Assembly: GCA_934167695.1 (NCBI GenBank) | Contig: CAKPLP010000003.1 | Span: forward strand, 11,529-75,528 | Length of the DNA stretch: 64,000 nt | From: an uncultured Bacilli bacterium | GTDB lineage: Bacteria; Bacillota_I; Bacilli_A; RF39; UBA660 | Direction of reading: 5' to 3' | Part shown: positions 37,805 to 46,911 of the stretch, piece after piece | Layout: the number at the start of each line of letters is the position of its first letter | How positions within the stretch are numbered: position 1 is the first letter of the stretch | Translations under genes and position numbers: made by a program | The notes under the pieces: model-generated | Database searches by the model: none | Seen by the model: the letters and a program-made list of their open reading frames with translations, nothing else | Told to the model about the DNA's origin: nothing

Positions 37805-38438
37805 GTTTTATTTAACGGGATTTAAATATTATTTATTGAGAGAATCAGATGAACAAATCAAAAATGTATATAATGATGAGGTTTTTAATTTTCTTTTAGA
37901 AAGAATTTTGTTGGAAGAACCATTATTTTTATTAGTAGATTCTTCTATATCTACAAAAATATTTAATTTTATTAGTAGTAATAGATTTAATGATAAGCAA
38001 AATTTAAAAAAATCAAATAATTATATTCTTATAATAAATGAAATTCTTTCTGTTGATGATATGAGGTTATTTAGAGAATATTATTTTACAAATATTTTAA
38101 GAAGATTTGGAAGGGGTTCTTTTGCTATTGAAATGATTAATCGTGCTGAGCAGGGTGATGATTTAATTAAATCAATGTTAAATGAGTTATATGCTTATGA
38201 TTATGTATATATGTGTAAGATTTTATTTAATAATTTTTCATCTTTAGAAAGTCATGATGAAGAATTGCTTTTCTTATCTTCAACTAATTATTTTTTAAGT
38301 CGTGATGTTAATTTATTTGATAATGATGTTAAAAATAATGTTTCAAATATAATTGATAATATTGATACTAAAGATAGTAAAAAATTAAAGAAAGTACTTA
38401 AAACTACTAAAAAGAATATTAAGAAATCTAGAATTTAA
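37764..38438 (+). CDS. hypothetical protein (224 aa) between lon and the sigma factor
   Basis: Intact ORF overlapping the lon 3' end (alternative start ATG 37797). No recognisable motif. Confidence 0.4.
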   Translation: MKKEFEENELLMDEFYLTGFKYYLLRESDEQIKNVYNDEVFNFLLERILLEEPLFLLVDSSISTKIFNFISSNRFNDKQNLKKSNNYILIINEILSVDDMRLFREYYFTNILRRFGRGSFAIEMINRAEQGDDLIKSMLNELYAYDYVYMCKILFNNFSSLESHDEELLFLSSTNYFLSRDVNLFDNDVKNNVSNIIDNIDTKDSKKLKKVLKTTKKNIKKSRI

Positions 38439-38476
38439 TAGTGTGTTAAAATATAACTTGTAAGGGGGATAAATAA

Positions 38477-40675
38477 ATGGAATTAAACTATAAAAATGTT
38501 CAACAATTAAATTCACAACAAATTTTAGATTTGTTATTACCTGATTTTTCTAATATTTATGAAAGTTTTAATTATATAGAAATATCAAAAAATGAATTTT
38601 ATGTTTTGGTATTAGATAGCATTACTAAATCAAAAAAGATGTATAATGGAGATGTTTTATATAAGGAATATATTGAAAGTGTGGTAACTAATAGACTTAT
38701 TGAGCATGTTAAATTAGATTTGTCTAAACCTGATAAAGCGGTTATTATTTTAAATAATTATATAAATAAATTTTTTAAGGTGGAAAATGATTTAGAAGAT
38801 AGGGTAAAGAAATTGGAATGTTTTTTTGAAATTTATAATTATATTCCTAGATCGAATTTATTAATAAAAGTAATAGAAAAAAATGAGTTTCTATCAAAAA
38901 CTATAGAATTAATTATTGATAAGTATAAGGACGATTTTTCTTATGATATTTTAGAAAATCAATTTAATGATAGTGTAATATTGTTATTTATAAAAACATA
39001 CTGTAGTTTAAATAATATTTTATTAAATGATGAGGTAAAAGTAGAGTGTGAAAAAAAATTATTAGATGATGTTAATTTTAATGAAGAAAATTATTTTCAA
39101 CAAATAAAAAAAATACCATTATTATCTATAGAAGAAGAGCAAAATTTGATAAAGCGTGCATTACAAGGTGAAATTGAAGCAAAAAATTTGTTAGTTTGTA
39201 GCAATTTAAGATTAGTTAATAGTATAGCTAAAAAATATATCGGTAGAGGAGTGCCGTTACAGGATTTAATTCAAGAAGGTAGCATTGGTTTGATGAAGGC
39301 AATAGATAAATTTGACTTAAGTAAAGGTGTAAAGTTTTCAACTTATGCTACATATTGGATAAGACAAGTTATTACTAGATCAATATATGATGTTGGTAAG
39401 GATATTAGAATACCAGTATATTTATATAAAAAAATTAATTCTTATAAAGATGCTTTACAAGAGTTGAGATTAGAGTTAAATAGGTATCCAACACTTGATG
39501 AAGTGGCAGCTAAAATGGATTTGCCTATATCTGAAGTTACAGAATTATTAAAATCTCAAGGTGATGTAGTAAGCATGAACACACTGGTTAATGATGAAAA
39601 TGATACTGAATTACAAGATTTTATTCCTAATACAGATGAGAGTCCTGATGAGTTAGCTATTACTACTGTTATGCAGGAGCAAGTAAGAGATTTAATACAA
39701 AATAGTTCTCTAAGTCAAAGAGAAATAGAAATATTAATGTTGAGATTTGGCTTTAATGATAATAAGATTATGACTCTTGAAGAGATAGGAAAAAAATTAA
39801 ATATAACAAAGTCAAGAGTTGGACAAATTGAAGCACAAGCATTAATTAAATTAAGAAAATCTAAAAAAATTAAACAATTTGCAGAATATATGTCTAATCC
39901 TGAACAGGCATTAAAACGTTTAGATGAGTTTAGAAAATATTATTATGAAAATAACCGTGCATATAAAAGCTTTTTATATGAAGATAAAGTAAAACAAAAA
40001 ATAGAAGTGGGAGAACATAGTATGCCAAGAAAATTAAAATCAATTTATGAATATCTTAGTGATTATTCGAAGGAACAGATTGATGAATTGATAGAAGAGT
40101 TACCTGAAGAAGATAAAGAATTAATTAAAGTAAGATATGGTAGTGATTTAAGTAAACCTGTAATAGGAAAATTATCTAAAAATCAAAGGGATAGATTTTA
40201 TGGAAGTCTTATTCCTAAAATGAGAAAAAATTTAAATAAAAAAAGTAAAGCTCAAAATATTAATAAAATTGTTCAATCTGATTCAAGGAAGAATGATTAT
40301 ACTGAACAATTAAAAAAAGTAAATCAATCTGCACAGGTACCTTTTAAAACAAATTTAGAAGATTCTAATATTAAGGAAAGTGAAGAATTGATTACAAAAG
40401 ATGATTATATTAAAATGTTAGAATTATTAAGAACTCCTAATTTTAGCCAAATGATAGCTGTTCTAACGGTAAAGGAAGCTGTAATTATTTCTTTAAAATT
40501 AGGATATGTAAATGGTGAATATTTTTCAACTGAGGCTATTGCTCAATTCTTAGGAATAGAAAAAGCCGAAGTTATAGAAACTACAAAAAAAGTGCTACTC
40601 TTATATAAAGAAAATATTAATCAGTTTATTGATCATGCAGTTGAAGTGATAGAAAAGAGTAAAATTAAAAAATAA
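38477..40675 (+). CDS. sigma-70 family RNA polymerase sigma factor (RpoD/SigA-like regions 1.2-4) with approximately 270-aa C-terminal extension
   Basis: Region 2 (LRLVNSIAKKYIGRGVPLQDLIQEGSIGLMKAIDKFDLSKGVKFSTYATYWIRQ). Region 3. Region 4.2 (LEEIGKKLNITKSRVGQIEAQALIKLRK). Then extra region-4-like repeats (ELIKVRYGSDL...; KEAVIISLKLGYVNGEYFSTEAIAQFLGIEKAEVIETTKKVLLLYK). Confidence 0.8.
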   Translation: MELNYKNVQQLNSQQILDLLLPDFSNIYESFNYIEISKNEFYVLVLDSITKSKKMYNGDVLYKEYIESVVTNRLIEHVKLDLSKPDKAVIILNNYINKFFKVENDLEDRVKKLECFFEIYNYIPRSNLLIKVIEKNEFLSKTIELIIDKYKDDFSYDILENQFNDSVILLFIKTYCSLNNILLNDEVKVECEKKLLDDVNFNEENYFQQIKKIPLLSIEEEQNLIKRALQGEIEAKNLLVCSNLRLVNSIAKKYIGRGVPLQDLIQEGSIGLMKAIDKFDLSKGVKFSTYATYWIRQVITRSIYDVGKDIRIPVYLYKKINSYKDALQELRLELNRYPTLDEVAAKMDLPISEVTELLKSQGDVVSMNTLVNDENDTELQDFIPNTDESPDELAITTVMQEQVRDLIQNSSLSQREIEILMLRFGFNDNKIMTLEEIGKKLNITKSRVGQIEAQALIKLRKSKKIKQFAEYMSNPEQALKRLDEFRKYYYENNRAYKSFLYEDKVKQKIEVGEHSMPRKLKSIYEYLSDYSKEQIDELIEELPEEDKELIKVRYGSDLSKPVIGKLSKNQRDRFYGSLIPKMRKNLNKKSKAQNINKIVQSDSRKNDYTEQLKKVNQSAQVPFKTNLEDSNIKESEELITKDDYIKMLELLRTPNFSQMIAVLTVKEAVIISLKLGYVNGEYFSTEAIAQFLGIEKAEVIETTKKVLLLYKENINQFIDHAVEVIEKSKIKK

Positions 40676-40696
40676 AATATATATTATTATACTTTG

Positions 40697-40721
40697 AAAA
40701 GGACTTTGTTCTTTTTTTTTT
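40697..40721 (+). terminator. putative intrinsic terminator (AAAAGGAC/GTTCTTTT + T-tract)
   Basis: Short stem with one G-U, followed by a 10-T run after the sigma gene. Confidence 0.4.
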
Positions 40722-40758
40722 CATTTATTCATAATATTAATTGAATAGGAGGATATGT

Positions 40759-41598
40759 ATGAAAAAAACTTTATCTTTTGAAAAAGATTTAACATTTCAA
40801 ACAATGATTGGTGAAGTTAGTACTATTTCATTTGAAGATGATTTGAAATTTGTGGATAAGAGTAATATAGAAGGTAATTTTTATATTAGTGGTAAGTATA
40901 AAATGACTGAGGCTAGTACTTTAACTGAAGATTTTTCATTTAGTGTTCCAATAGAAATTGCTATGATGGAAGTGTATGATTTAACTACTACTAAAATTAG
41001 TATAGAAAACTTTAATTATGAGGTTATTGATGATGATGTATTAAGATGTAAAATTGATATTTTAATTGAAGGAAGAGAAGAAGTGGTTTTAGAGGATGAG
41101 AAGAGTACTTTAGATGAAAAGGTCTTAGATAGAGAATGTGATGACGATGATGTCTTGGAGGAAGAAAAAGAAATTCCAATAAAAGAAGATAAAAAGGATA
41201 ATGAAAAAGTAGAGGAGGCAGAGGTTGTGGAGGAAGAGGAAAAGTTAAATAATAATATTAATATTGATATGAAACAGGATATAAATATGGATATTATTCA
41301 AAATATTGAAAGTAAAAAAGATAATGAAGAAAAGGAGAAAAGGGATGAAGAAGTGGTAGCTGTTGTTGAAGATAAGCCTAAGAATACTACAATTAAGGTT
41401 AATTCTTTATTTGCAAATTTAGGTGATGATAATGATACATTTACAACTTATTCTGTTTATATTATGCGCGAAGGTGACACTGTTGAAAAAGTAATGGATC
41501 AGTATCAAGTAAAAAAAGAAGATTTGGAAATGTATAATGATTTAAGTACAATACAATTAAATTCTAAAGTAATTATTCCTACTAGTAGTGATGAATAA
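40759..41598 (+). CDS. SpoVID-like spore coat morphogenetic protein (N-terminal SpoVID-type domain, acidic middle, C-terminal LysM)
   Basis: N-terminus LSFEKDLTFQTMIGEVSTISFEDDLKF...GKYKMTE resembles the SpoVID N-domain pattern. Acidic E/D/K-rich linker. C-terminal LysM (YSVYIMREGDTVEKVMDQYQV...LEMYN). Followed by a ysxE-like gene as in B. subtilis. Confidence 0.55.
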   Translation: MKKTLSFEKDLTFQTMIGEVSTISFEDDLKFVDKSNIEGNFYISGKYKMTEASTLTEDFSFSVPIEIAMMEVYDLTTTKISIENFNYEVIDDDVLRCKIDILIEGREEVVLEDEKSTLDEKVLDRECDDDDVLEEEKEIPIKEDKKDNEKVEEAEVVEEEEKLNNNINIDMKQDINMDIIQNIESKKDNEEKEKRDEEVVAVVEDKPKNTTIKVNSLFANLGDDNDTFTTYSVYIMREGDTVEKVMDQYQVKKEDLEMYNDLSTIQLNSKVIIPTSSDE

Positions 41599-42502
41599 TA
41601 TATTAGAAAAGTATAATTTAAGAGTTGTAAAGTATAAATATATCAATACTGCTAAAATTATTAATACTGATGATGGTAAGTTTGTTATAAAAGAAAAAAA
41701 AAGAGAAGATAAGGATAAATTGTATGAATACTTATTATCTAGAGACTTTTCTTTCTTTTTGTATCCTGAGAATGATTTAAGAGATGATATTGAAATATAT
41801 GCTTATTTGGATGATGTTAAGATAGATAAGGAAGAAAAAGCTAAGGATCTTATGTATATAATTAGTGATTTACATAATAGGACTACTACTTATAAGAATA
41901 CAAATTTAGATAAAATTAAGGAAATATATGAGGCAAGAATTAATTTAATTGAATATTTAATGAACTATTATAATGACTTAGAGGAAGTATTTATGATGCA
42001 TGTTTATAATAGTCCTGCGGAGTATTTATTACTTAGAAACATAGATAAGATATATAATACATTACAGTATAGTAGAATGTTACTTGATGAATGGTATCAA
42101 TCTATTATAAAAACAAAAAAAGAAAGGATAGCCTTTCTTCATAATCATTTAAGTTTAGATCATTTCATTGATGGTAGAGAAGCTAAACTTATTAATTTTG
42201 ATTATTCTGAGTATAATAGTCCTATATATGACTTTATTCATTTTTATAAGAAGCATTATAAGGAATTAGATATGGAAAGTCTGTATGAAATATATAAGCA
42301 TAAATTTAAGTTTACGAGGGAAGAGGAATTATTATTTTTTATTGAATTAATGATTCCTTGCAAAATAAGTTTTACTAATAATAATTATAATAATTGTGTT
42401 ACTGTTTATGATTTAAATAAGTATTTGGATGTTACTAGAAGTTTTGTTTTAAAAGAGCAAGAGAAACATCAAAAAAGATATAATGAAAACGAGAAACAAT
42501 AA
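41591..42502 (+). CDS. CotS/YsxE-family spore coat protein (phosphotransferase-like)
   Basis: About 300 aa. Kinase-like fold signature (KLINFDYSEYNSPIYDFIHF). 8-nt overlap with the spoVID-like gene. Synteny with B. subtilis spoVID-ysxE. Confidence 0.6.
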   Translation: MNNILEKYNLRVVKYKYINTAKIINTDDGKFVIKEKKREDKDKLYEYLLSRDFSFFLYPENDLRDDIEIYAYLDDVKIDKEEKAKDLMYIISDLHNRTTTYKNTNLDKIKEIYEARINLIEYLMNYYNDLEEVFMMHVYNSPAEYLLLRNIDKIYNTLQYSRMLLDEWYQSIIKTKKERIAFLHNHLSLDHFIDGREAKLINFDYSEYNSPIYDFIHFYKKHYKELDMESLYEIYKHKFKFTREEELLFFIELMIPCKISFTNNNYNNCVTVYDLNKYLDVTRSFVLKEQEKHQKRYNENEKQ

Positions 42503-42593
42503 GATAATAGCATTGATTCTGGTTGTTATAAATACTAATATTAGTACTTGCCAAAAAATAATTATTAATAAACAAAATATTGCTCCTAAGTAT

Positions 42594-42615
42594 AGAAGAC
42601 TTGTTCTTCTTTTTT
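42594..42615 (+). terminator. intrinsic terminator (AGAAGA-CTTGT-TCTTCT + T5)
   Basis: Perfect 6-bp stem plus TTTTTTG after the ysxE-like gene. Confidence 0.5.
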
Positions 42616-42691
42616 GTTTGCAAAAGCTACATCTACAATAAAATGGATGTTTTGCTGATTTCATTGAACATCACCTATAGTAATTTATGTA

Positions 42692-42720
42692 TTTTAATGT
42701 GATTTGTTTCATGATATAAT
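42692..42720 (+). promoter_or_regulatory. putative promoter with perfect extended -10 (TGATATAAT) upstream of the prepilin-like gene
   Basis: TGnTATAAT at 42712-42720. Weak -35 TTTTAA 17 nt upstream. 24 nt before ATG 42745. Confidence 0.5.
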
Positions 42721-42744
42721 TTATTAGAAAGTGTAGGTAATAGT

Positions 42745-43518
42745 ATGAATAATAAGGGTTTTACTTTAGTGGAATTAATTGCAACTATTGCAATACTGGG
42801 GTTTGTGTCTTTGATGGCTTTTCCATCTATTAATAATGTTATATCTTCTAATAAGTCTAGTTCATGTAAGTATTATGAAAGGTCTATGATTGCTGCTGCG
42901 AAGAGTTTTATTCAGAAAGAAAAGTATGATATCATAGATGCATATAATGGTACTTTTCCTAGTAGTTTTGATATAGATTTAACTCAACTAATTATTTATG
43001 GTTATTTAGATGAGTATAAAGATAGTAAAACTAATATTAATACTGGTGCAAAAGTTGTTGTAAAATATGATCAAAGTAGTAATACATATATTTATAATAT
43101 TTCTAATTTAGTATGTAGTAGTAAGTCTAACAATAAAGAACTTTATTGTTCAGATCCTTCTAATCATTGTACTGGTGGTGAGTCTAAAAAGTATTTATTA
43201 CCGAATAATGAAGAGACTATTAATTTTAGAGATATTCCTACTAATGTTTTTCTTCAATCTTATAATAATCAGTTATCTCTTTGTACTAAGACTAGTGATT
43301 ATAGTTTAAAATGTTATAAAAATAATAATTATAATGGTTATATTAGTGAGTTAAGTAGTGATTCTAGTTGTTCTAATTTTGGGGATTTTTATCAATGTGA
43401 AGTTAGAACTGGTAGATGTAAAATATATAAAAATGGTAATGTTAGTTGTGATGATGATTATAATAGATGTTCAATCACATTAGATAAGGATGGTAAAACA
43501 AGTGGAAATTGTTCATAA
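42745..43518 (+). CDS. type IV prepilin-like protein (class III signal peptide GFTLVE) with Cys-rich 230-aa C-terminal domain
   Basis: MNNKGFTLVELIATIAILGFVSLMAF is a canonical prepilin N-terminal cleavage/methylation motif. About 13 Cys in the mature part. Confidence 0.65.
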   Translation: MNNKGFTLVELIATIAILGFVSLMAFPSINNVISSNKSSSCKYYERSMIAAAKSFIQKEKYDIIDAYNGTFPSSFDIDLTQLIIYGYLDEYKDSKTNINTGAKVVVKYDQSSNTYIYNISNLVCSSKSNNKELYCSDPSNHCTGGESKKYLLPNNEETINFRDIPTNVFLQSYNNQLSLCTKTSDYSLKCYKNNNYNGYISELSSDSSCSNFGDFYQCEVRTGRCKIYKNGNVSCDDDYNRCSITLDKDGKTSGNCS

Positions 43519-43580
43519 TGTTAGAAAAACATTTATAATTTTGTTATAATAATATTGTTGATTAGGAGATGGTTAGATTA

Positions 43581-44027
43581 ATGTATTGTAAAAACTGTGG
43601 AAGTGAAATTAGAAAAAACAGTAAATACTGTTCTAAATGTGGTACTAAAGTATTAGGTGAAGATATTAGTGAAAAAAAGAAAGAAAAAGAAAATGATTCC
43701 TCTTTTTGTAAGAATTGTGGCTGTAAGATAGAATCTAAAAATGTTTATTGTCCAAATTGTGGATATAATCTTATTAATAATACAAGTAATGTTAATAAAA
43801 ACTTAGTAGATGATCCTGTTGAAAGTTTTGTTATTTATGTTATTAGTTTTATTATACCACTCGTAGGTTTTATATTGTGGGTAATTACTAGAAAGGAAAA
43901 TCCTAAACGTGCAAAGAATATTTTAATAGTATCTTTTGTTTCTATTATTAGTGCAATTCTTTTAGTAGTTTTGGTATTGTTATTTGTTTCAGTTTATTTT
44001 TTTAATAGTTATGGAGGTGTATTATAA
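43581..44027 (+). CDS. double zinc-ribbon membrane protein (2 x CxxC-N-CxxC + two C-terminal TM helices)
   Basis: MYCKNCGSEIRKNSKYCSKCG and CKNCGCKIESKNVYCPNCG. C-terminal TMs. Alternative start ATG 43569. Confidence 0.55.
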   Translation: MYCKNCGSEIRKNSKYCSKCGTKVLGEDISEKKKEKENDSSFCKNCGCKIESKNVYCPNCGYNLINNTSNVNKNLVDDPVESFVIYVISFIIPLVGFILWVITRKENPKRAKNILIVSFVSIISAILLVVLVLLFVSVYFFNSYGGVL

Positions 44028-44383
44028 TGTATTGTAAAAAATGTAATAATAAAATTGATGAAGGAAGTAAGTTTTGTAGTTTTTGTGGAAGTAAAGTTGA
44101 AGAGGATGTAAATGTTGGTAAGGTTTATTGTACTCACTGTGGTGAACAGATAGATGATAATTTGAGTGTTTGTCCGTATTGTGGAAAAAGTGTTAAAAAT
44201 ACTGTTGTAGATAAGGATGATACTGAAAACTATTGGCTTGAAGTTTTGGGATTTTTAATACCTTTTGTTGGTCTTATAATTTGGTTGAGTATTAAAAGTA
44301 AATCGCCAGTAAAAGCTCAAGGTGTTTTAAGAACTACTGTTATAGGTTTTATATTTTGGTTTGTTTGGAATATTCTTTTTTAA
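44027..44383 (+). CDS. double zinc-ribbon membrane protein, paralog of the upstream gene
   Basis: MYCKKCNNKIDEGSKFCSFCG + CTHCGEQIDDNLSVCPYCG. Two C-terminal TMs. TAATG stop/start overlap. Confidence 0.55.
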   Translation: MYCKKCNNKIDEGSKFCSFCGSKVEEDVNVGKVYCTHCGEQIDDNLSVCPYCGKSVKNTVVDKDDTENYWLEVLGFLIPFVGLIIWLSIKSKSPVKAQGVLRTTVIGFIFWFVWNILF

Positions 44384-44460
44384 GTAGTGAGATAAAAATA
44401 TAGTATTAATCATTATACATATTTTTGCAGTATGAAAAGAAAAGAAGAGGGGTGTATTTA

Positions 44461-44682
44461 GTGCATAAAAAAGCTATATTTATAGTTATAGGAATATTAG
44501 TAGGATTAGTAATTTCAATGGGAGGAGTATATGCTGCAGTAACTATTACGGGAAGTAATGTAACATATTCAAATTCTTCCTCAGGTCTTACCTCTACAAC
44601 TGTGCTATGATAGTTCTTTAATACATAATGGAACCTATGGCTTAATGCTGGTGCACGTGCAGTAGTAGTTGTTTCTAAGTAG
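44461..44682 (+). pseudogene. decayed remnant of the secreted paralog family (N-terminal signal/mature motif fused in-frame to the C-terminal ARAVVVVSK tail, three in-frame stops)
   Basis: VHKKAIFIVIGILVGLVISMGGVYAAVTITGSNVTYSNSSSGLTSTTVL then TGA/TAG/TAA. The family C-terminal motif ...NAGARAVVVVSK* follows in the same frame. Confidence 0.55.
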
Positions 44683-44757
44683 AAAAGTATAGTTAAATAT
44701 GTTACAATAAAACTGGTAATTTTATCAGTTTTATTTTTATTGTAAGGAATGGTGTAT

Positions 44758-46842
44758 ATGAAAGAGTTATTAAGTCCAGCAGGAAATATGGAAAGTCTTA
44801 AGGCTGCTATTCATGGTGGGGCTGATGCTATTTATATTGGAATGAAAAATTTTGGAGCCAGAAAGTTTGCTAATAATTTTGATGATGATGAATTAATAGA
44901 AGCAGTTAAAATATGTCATTTGTATGGAGTTAAACTTTATGTGACTATGAATACTGTTATTAAAGACAATGAGGTTGAGGATTTTCTAAAACAAGTTTCT
45001 TTTTTATATAATTCTGGAGTAGATGCTTTTATTATGCAGGATTTTGGTATGATTAACTTGGTTTTAAATACATATCCTGATATTGAGATTCATGCTTCGA
45101 CACAGTTTAATAATAGTGGAATTGAAACTATTAAATTGTTGAAGAAAATGGGTGTAAAAAGAGTAGTTCTTTCTAGAGAGTTATCTTTAGATGAAATTAA
45201 TAAAATTGATGTTGATATTGAAAAAGAAGTTTTTATACATGGTGCTTTATGTGTTAGTTATTCTGGTAACTGTTATTTTTCTAGTTTACTTGGTTCACGT
45301 AGTGGTAATCGCGGTGAATGTGTTGGGTGTTGTAGACTACCATATAAACTTTATAAAAATAATAAACTCCTTAATGATGGTTATTTACTTAGTACTAAGG
45401 AGTTGAATACTAGTGATTCATTTGATGAGCTTTTAAATAGTGATATAAAAAGTTTTAAAATAGAGGGCAGAATGAAAAGTGCAGAATATGTTTATTTTAT
45501 TACTAAATTTTATCGTAATATCATAGATGGTCATGGTTTTAATAGTGAAGATTTAGAGATACTTAAAATTTTATTTAATAGAGAATTTACTAGAGGAAAT
45601 TTATTTTCTGATTTACTTATTAATTCAAAAACTCCTAACCATATTGGTTTAAAAATAGGTAAGGTTGTTGATTTTAATAAAGATAAAATAAAGATAAAAG
45701 TAGATAGAGATCTTTATCAAGAAGATGGTATTCGCTTTTTTAATTCTGGTAAGGGAATGATTACAAATTTTTTATATAATGAAAAAGGTTTATTGGTTAA
45801 TACTCTTCCAAAGGGAAGTTTTGGATATATTAAAAATTCAGTAGGATTAGATAAAAATGATGATATTTATCTTACTAGTAGTAAAAAGTTATCAGCATCA
45901 CTACTTAATTATCCATTAAAGAAAATTCCTGTTTCCTTAAAATTTATTGGACATGTTGGTGAACAGGCAAAACTTTATATTAGTGATGATAAAAATGATA
46001 TTTCTGTTTGTGGTTTTGAGTGTCAATGTGCTCAAAATATGCCTGTTACAGAAAATAGAATAATGAAACAACTTTCTAAGTTAGGTAATACAGTTTATAC
46101 TGCTACTAATATTGAGGTTGATATTAGTGATAATTTATTTATACCAATGAGTAGTTTGAATAATTTAAGACAGTCTTTAACTAAGTTATTAGATGATAGA
46201 AGATGTTCTTTTAAAAGGTCTGGTGCTAGAGAGGTTTCTTTTGATAAATTAAATATTAAAAATACTAATTATGATACAGTTATAGTTGATAATGAAAAGG
46301 AACTTTTAAATGTTTTAGATTATAAGAGAATTTATATATCTTCTTTTGATGTTTTTAATAAATATAAAAATTTGGAAAACATATACTATATTGAAAAGAG
46401 AAATACTTTTAATAATATTTTTCATGAAAGAAGTTTAGTTTCTGAATTTGTTTTTCCTAATAATTATATTAGTGATTATACTTTTAATGTTACTAATATT
46501 TATAGTGTATATTATTTATTAAAACTTGGATATAATTGTGTTACTTTAAGTGTAGAACTTACTGATTTTGAAATTTCTTCTTTAATTCAAAATTTTTATC
46601 AAAGGTTTTCTTTTTATCCTAATGTAGAGGTTATTGGTTTGGATAAGATTGAAATTATGATTATTAAGGGAAATATTTTAAATATAGATTGTGATGGTGT
46701 ATATTCATTAAAAGATATAAAGAATAGGGTTTATCCTGTTTATTATGATGGTGTTAATACTCATATATATCAATATGATTTAATGAAGCATAAACGTTTT
46801 GATTTATGTAATAATAGATACCATTATAAATATTTAAAATAG
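44758..46842 (+). CDS. peptidase U32 family protein (collagenase-like, long form)
   Basis: N-terminal LLSPAGNMESLKAAIHGGADAIYIG...HASTQ TIM-barrel U32 signature. Cys-rich CVGCCRLPYK. Long C-terminal extension. Confidence 0.75.
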   Translation: MKELLSPAGNMESLKAAIHGGADAIYIGMKNFGARKFANNFDDDELIEAVKICHLYGVKLYVTMNTVIKDNEVEDFLKQVSFLYNSGVDAFIMQDFGMINLVLNTYPDIEIHASTQFNNSGIETIKLLKKMGVKRVVLSRELSLDEINKIDVDIEKEVFIHGALCVSYSGNCYFSSLLGSRSGNRGECVGCCRLPYKLYKNNKLLNDGYLLSTKELNTSDSFDELLNSDIKSFKIEGRMKSAEYVYFITKFYRNIIDGHGFNSEDLEILKILFNREFTRGNLFSDLLINSKTPNHIGLKIGKVVDFNKDKIKIKVDRDLYQEDGIRFFNSGKGMITNFLYNEKGLLVNTLPKGSFGYIKNSVGLDKNDDIYLTSSKKLSASLLNYPLKKIPVSLKFIGHVGEQAKLYISDDKNDISVCGFECQCAQNMPVTENRIMKQLSKLGNTVYTATNIEVDISDNLFIPMSSLNNLRQSLTKLLDDRRCSFKRSGAREVSFDKLNIKNTNYDTVIVDNEKELLNVLDYKRIYISSFDVFNKYKNLENIYYIEKRNTFNNIFHERSLVSEFVFPNNYISDYTFNVTNIYSVYYLLKLGYNCVTLSVELTDFEISSLIQNFYQRFSFYPNVEVIGLDKIEIMIIKGNILNIDCDGVYSLKDIKNRVYPVYYDGVNTHIYQYDLMKHKRFDLCNNRYHYKYLK

Positions 46843-46911
46843 CTCTTATCAATTTTTTGATTTTGTGTTAAACTATATATAGGTATATAGATAGAGGAGT
46901 GATTTTATTTT

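Noticed and set aside
42745-43518. Assigning the prepilin-like protein to ComGC or PilA specifically
   Set aside because: Only the N-terminal class III signal is diagnostic. The C-terminal Cys-rich domain matches no pilin I can recognise by eye, and no assembly genes are adjacent.
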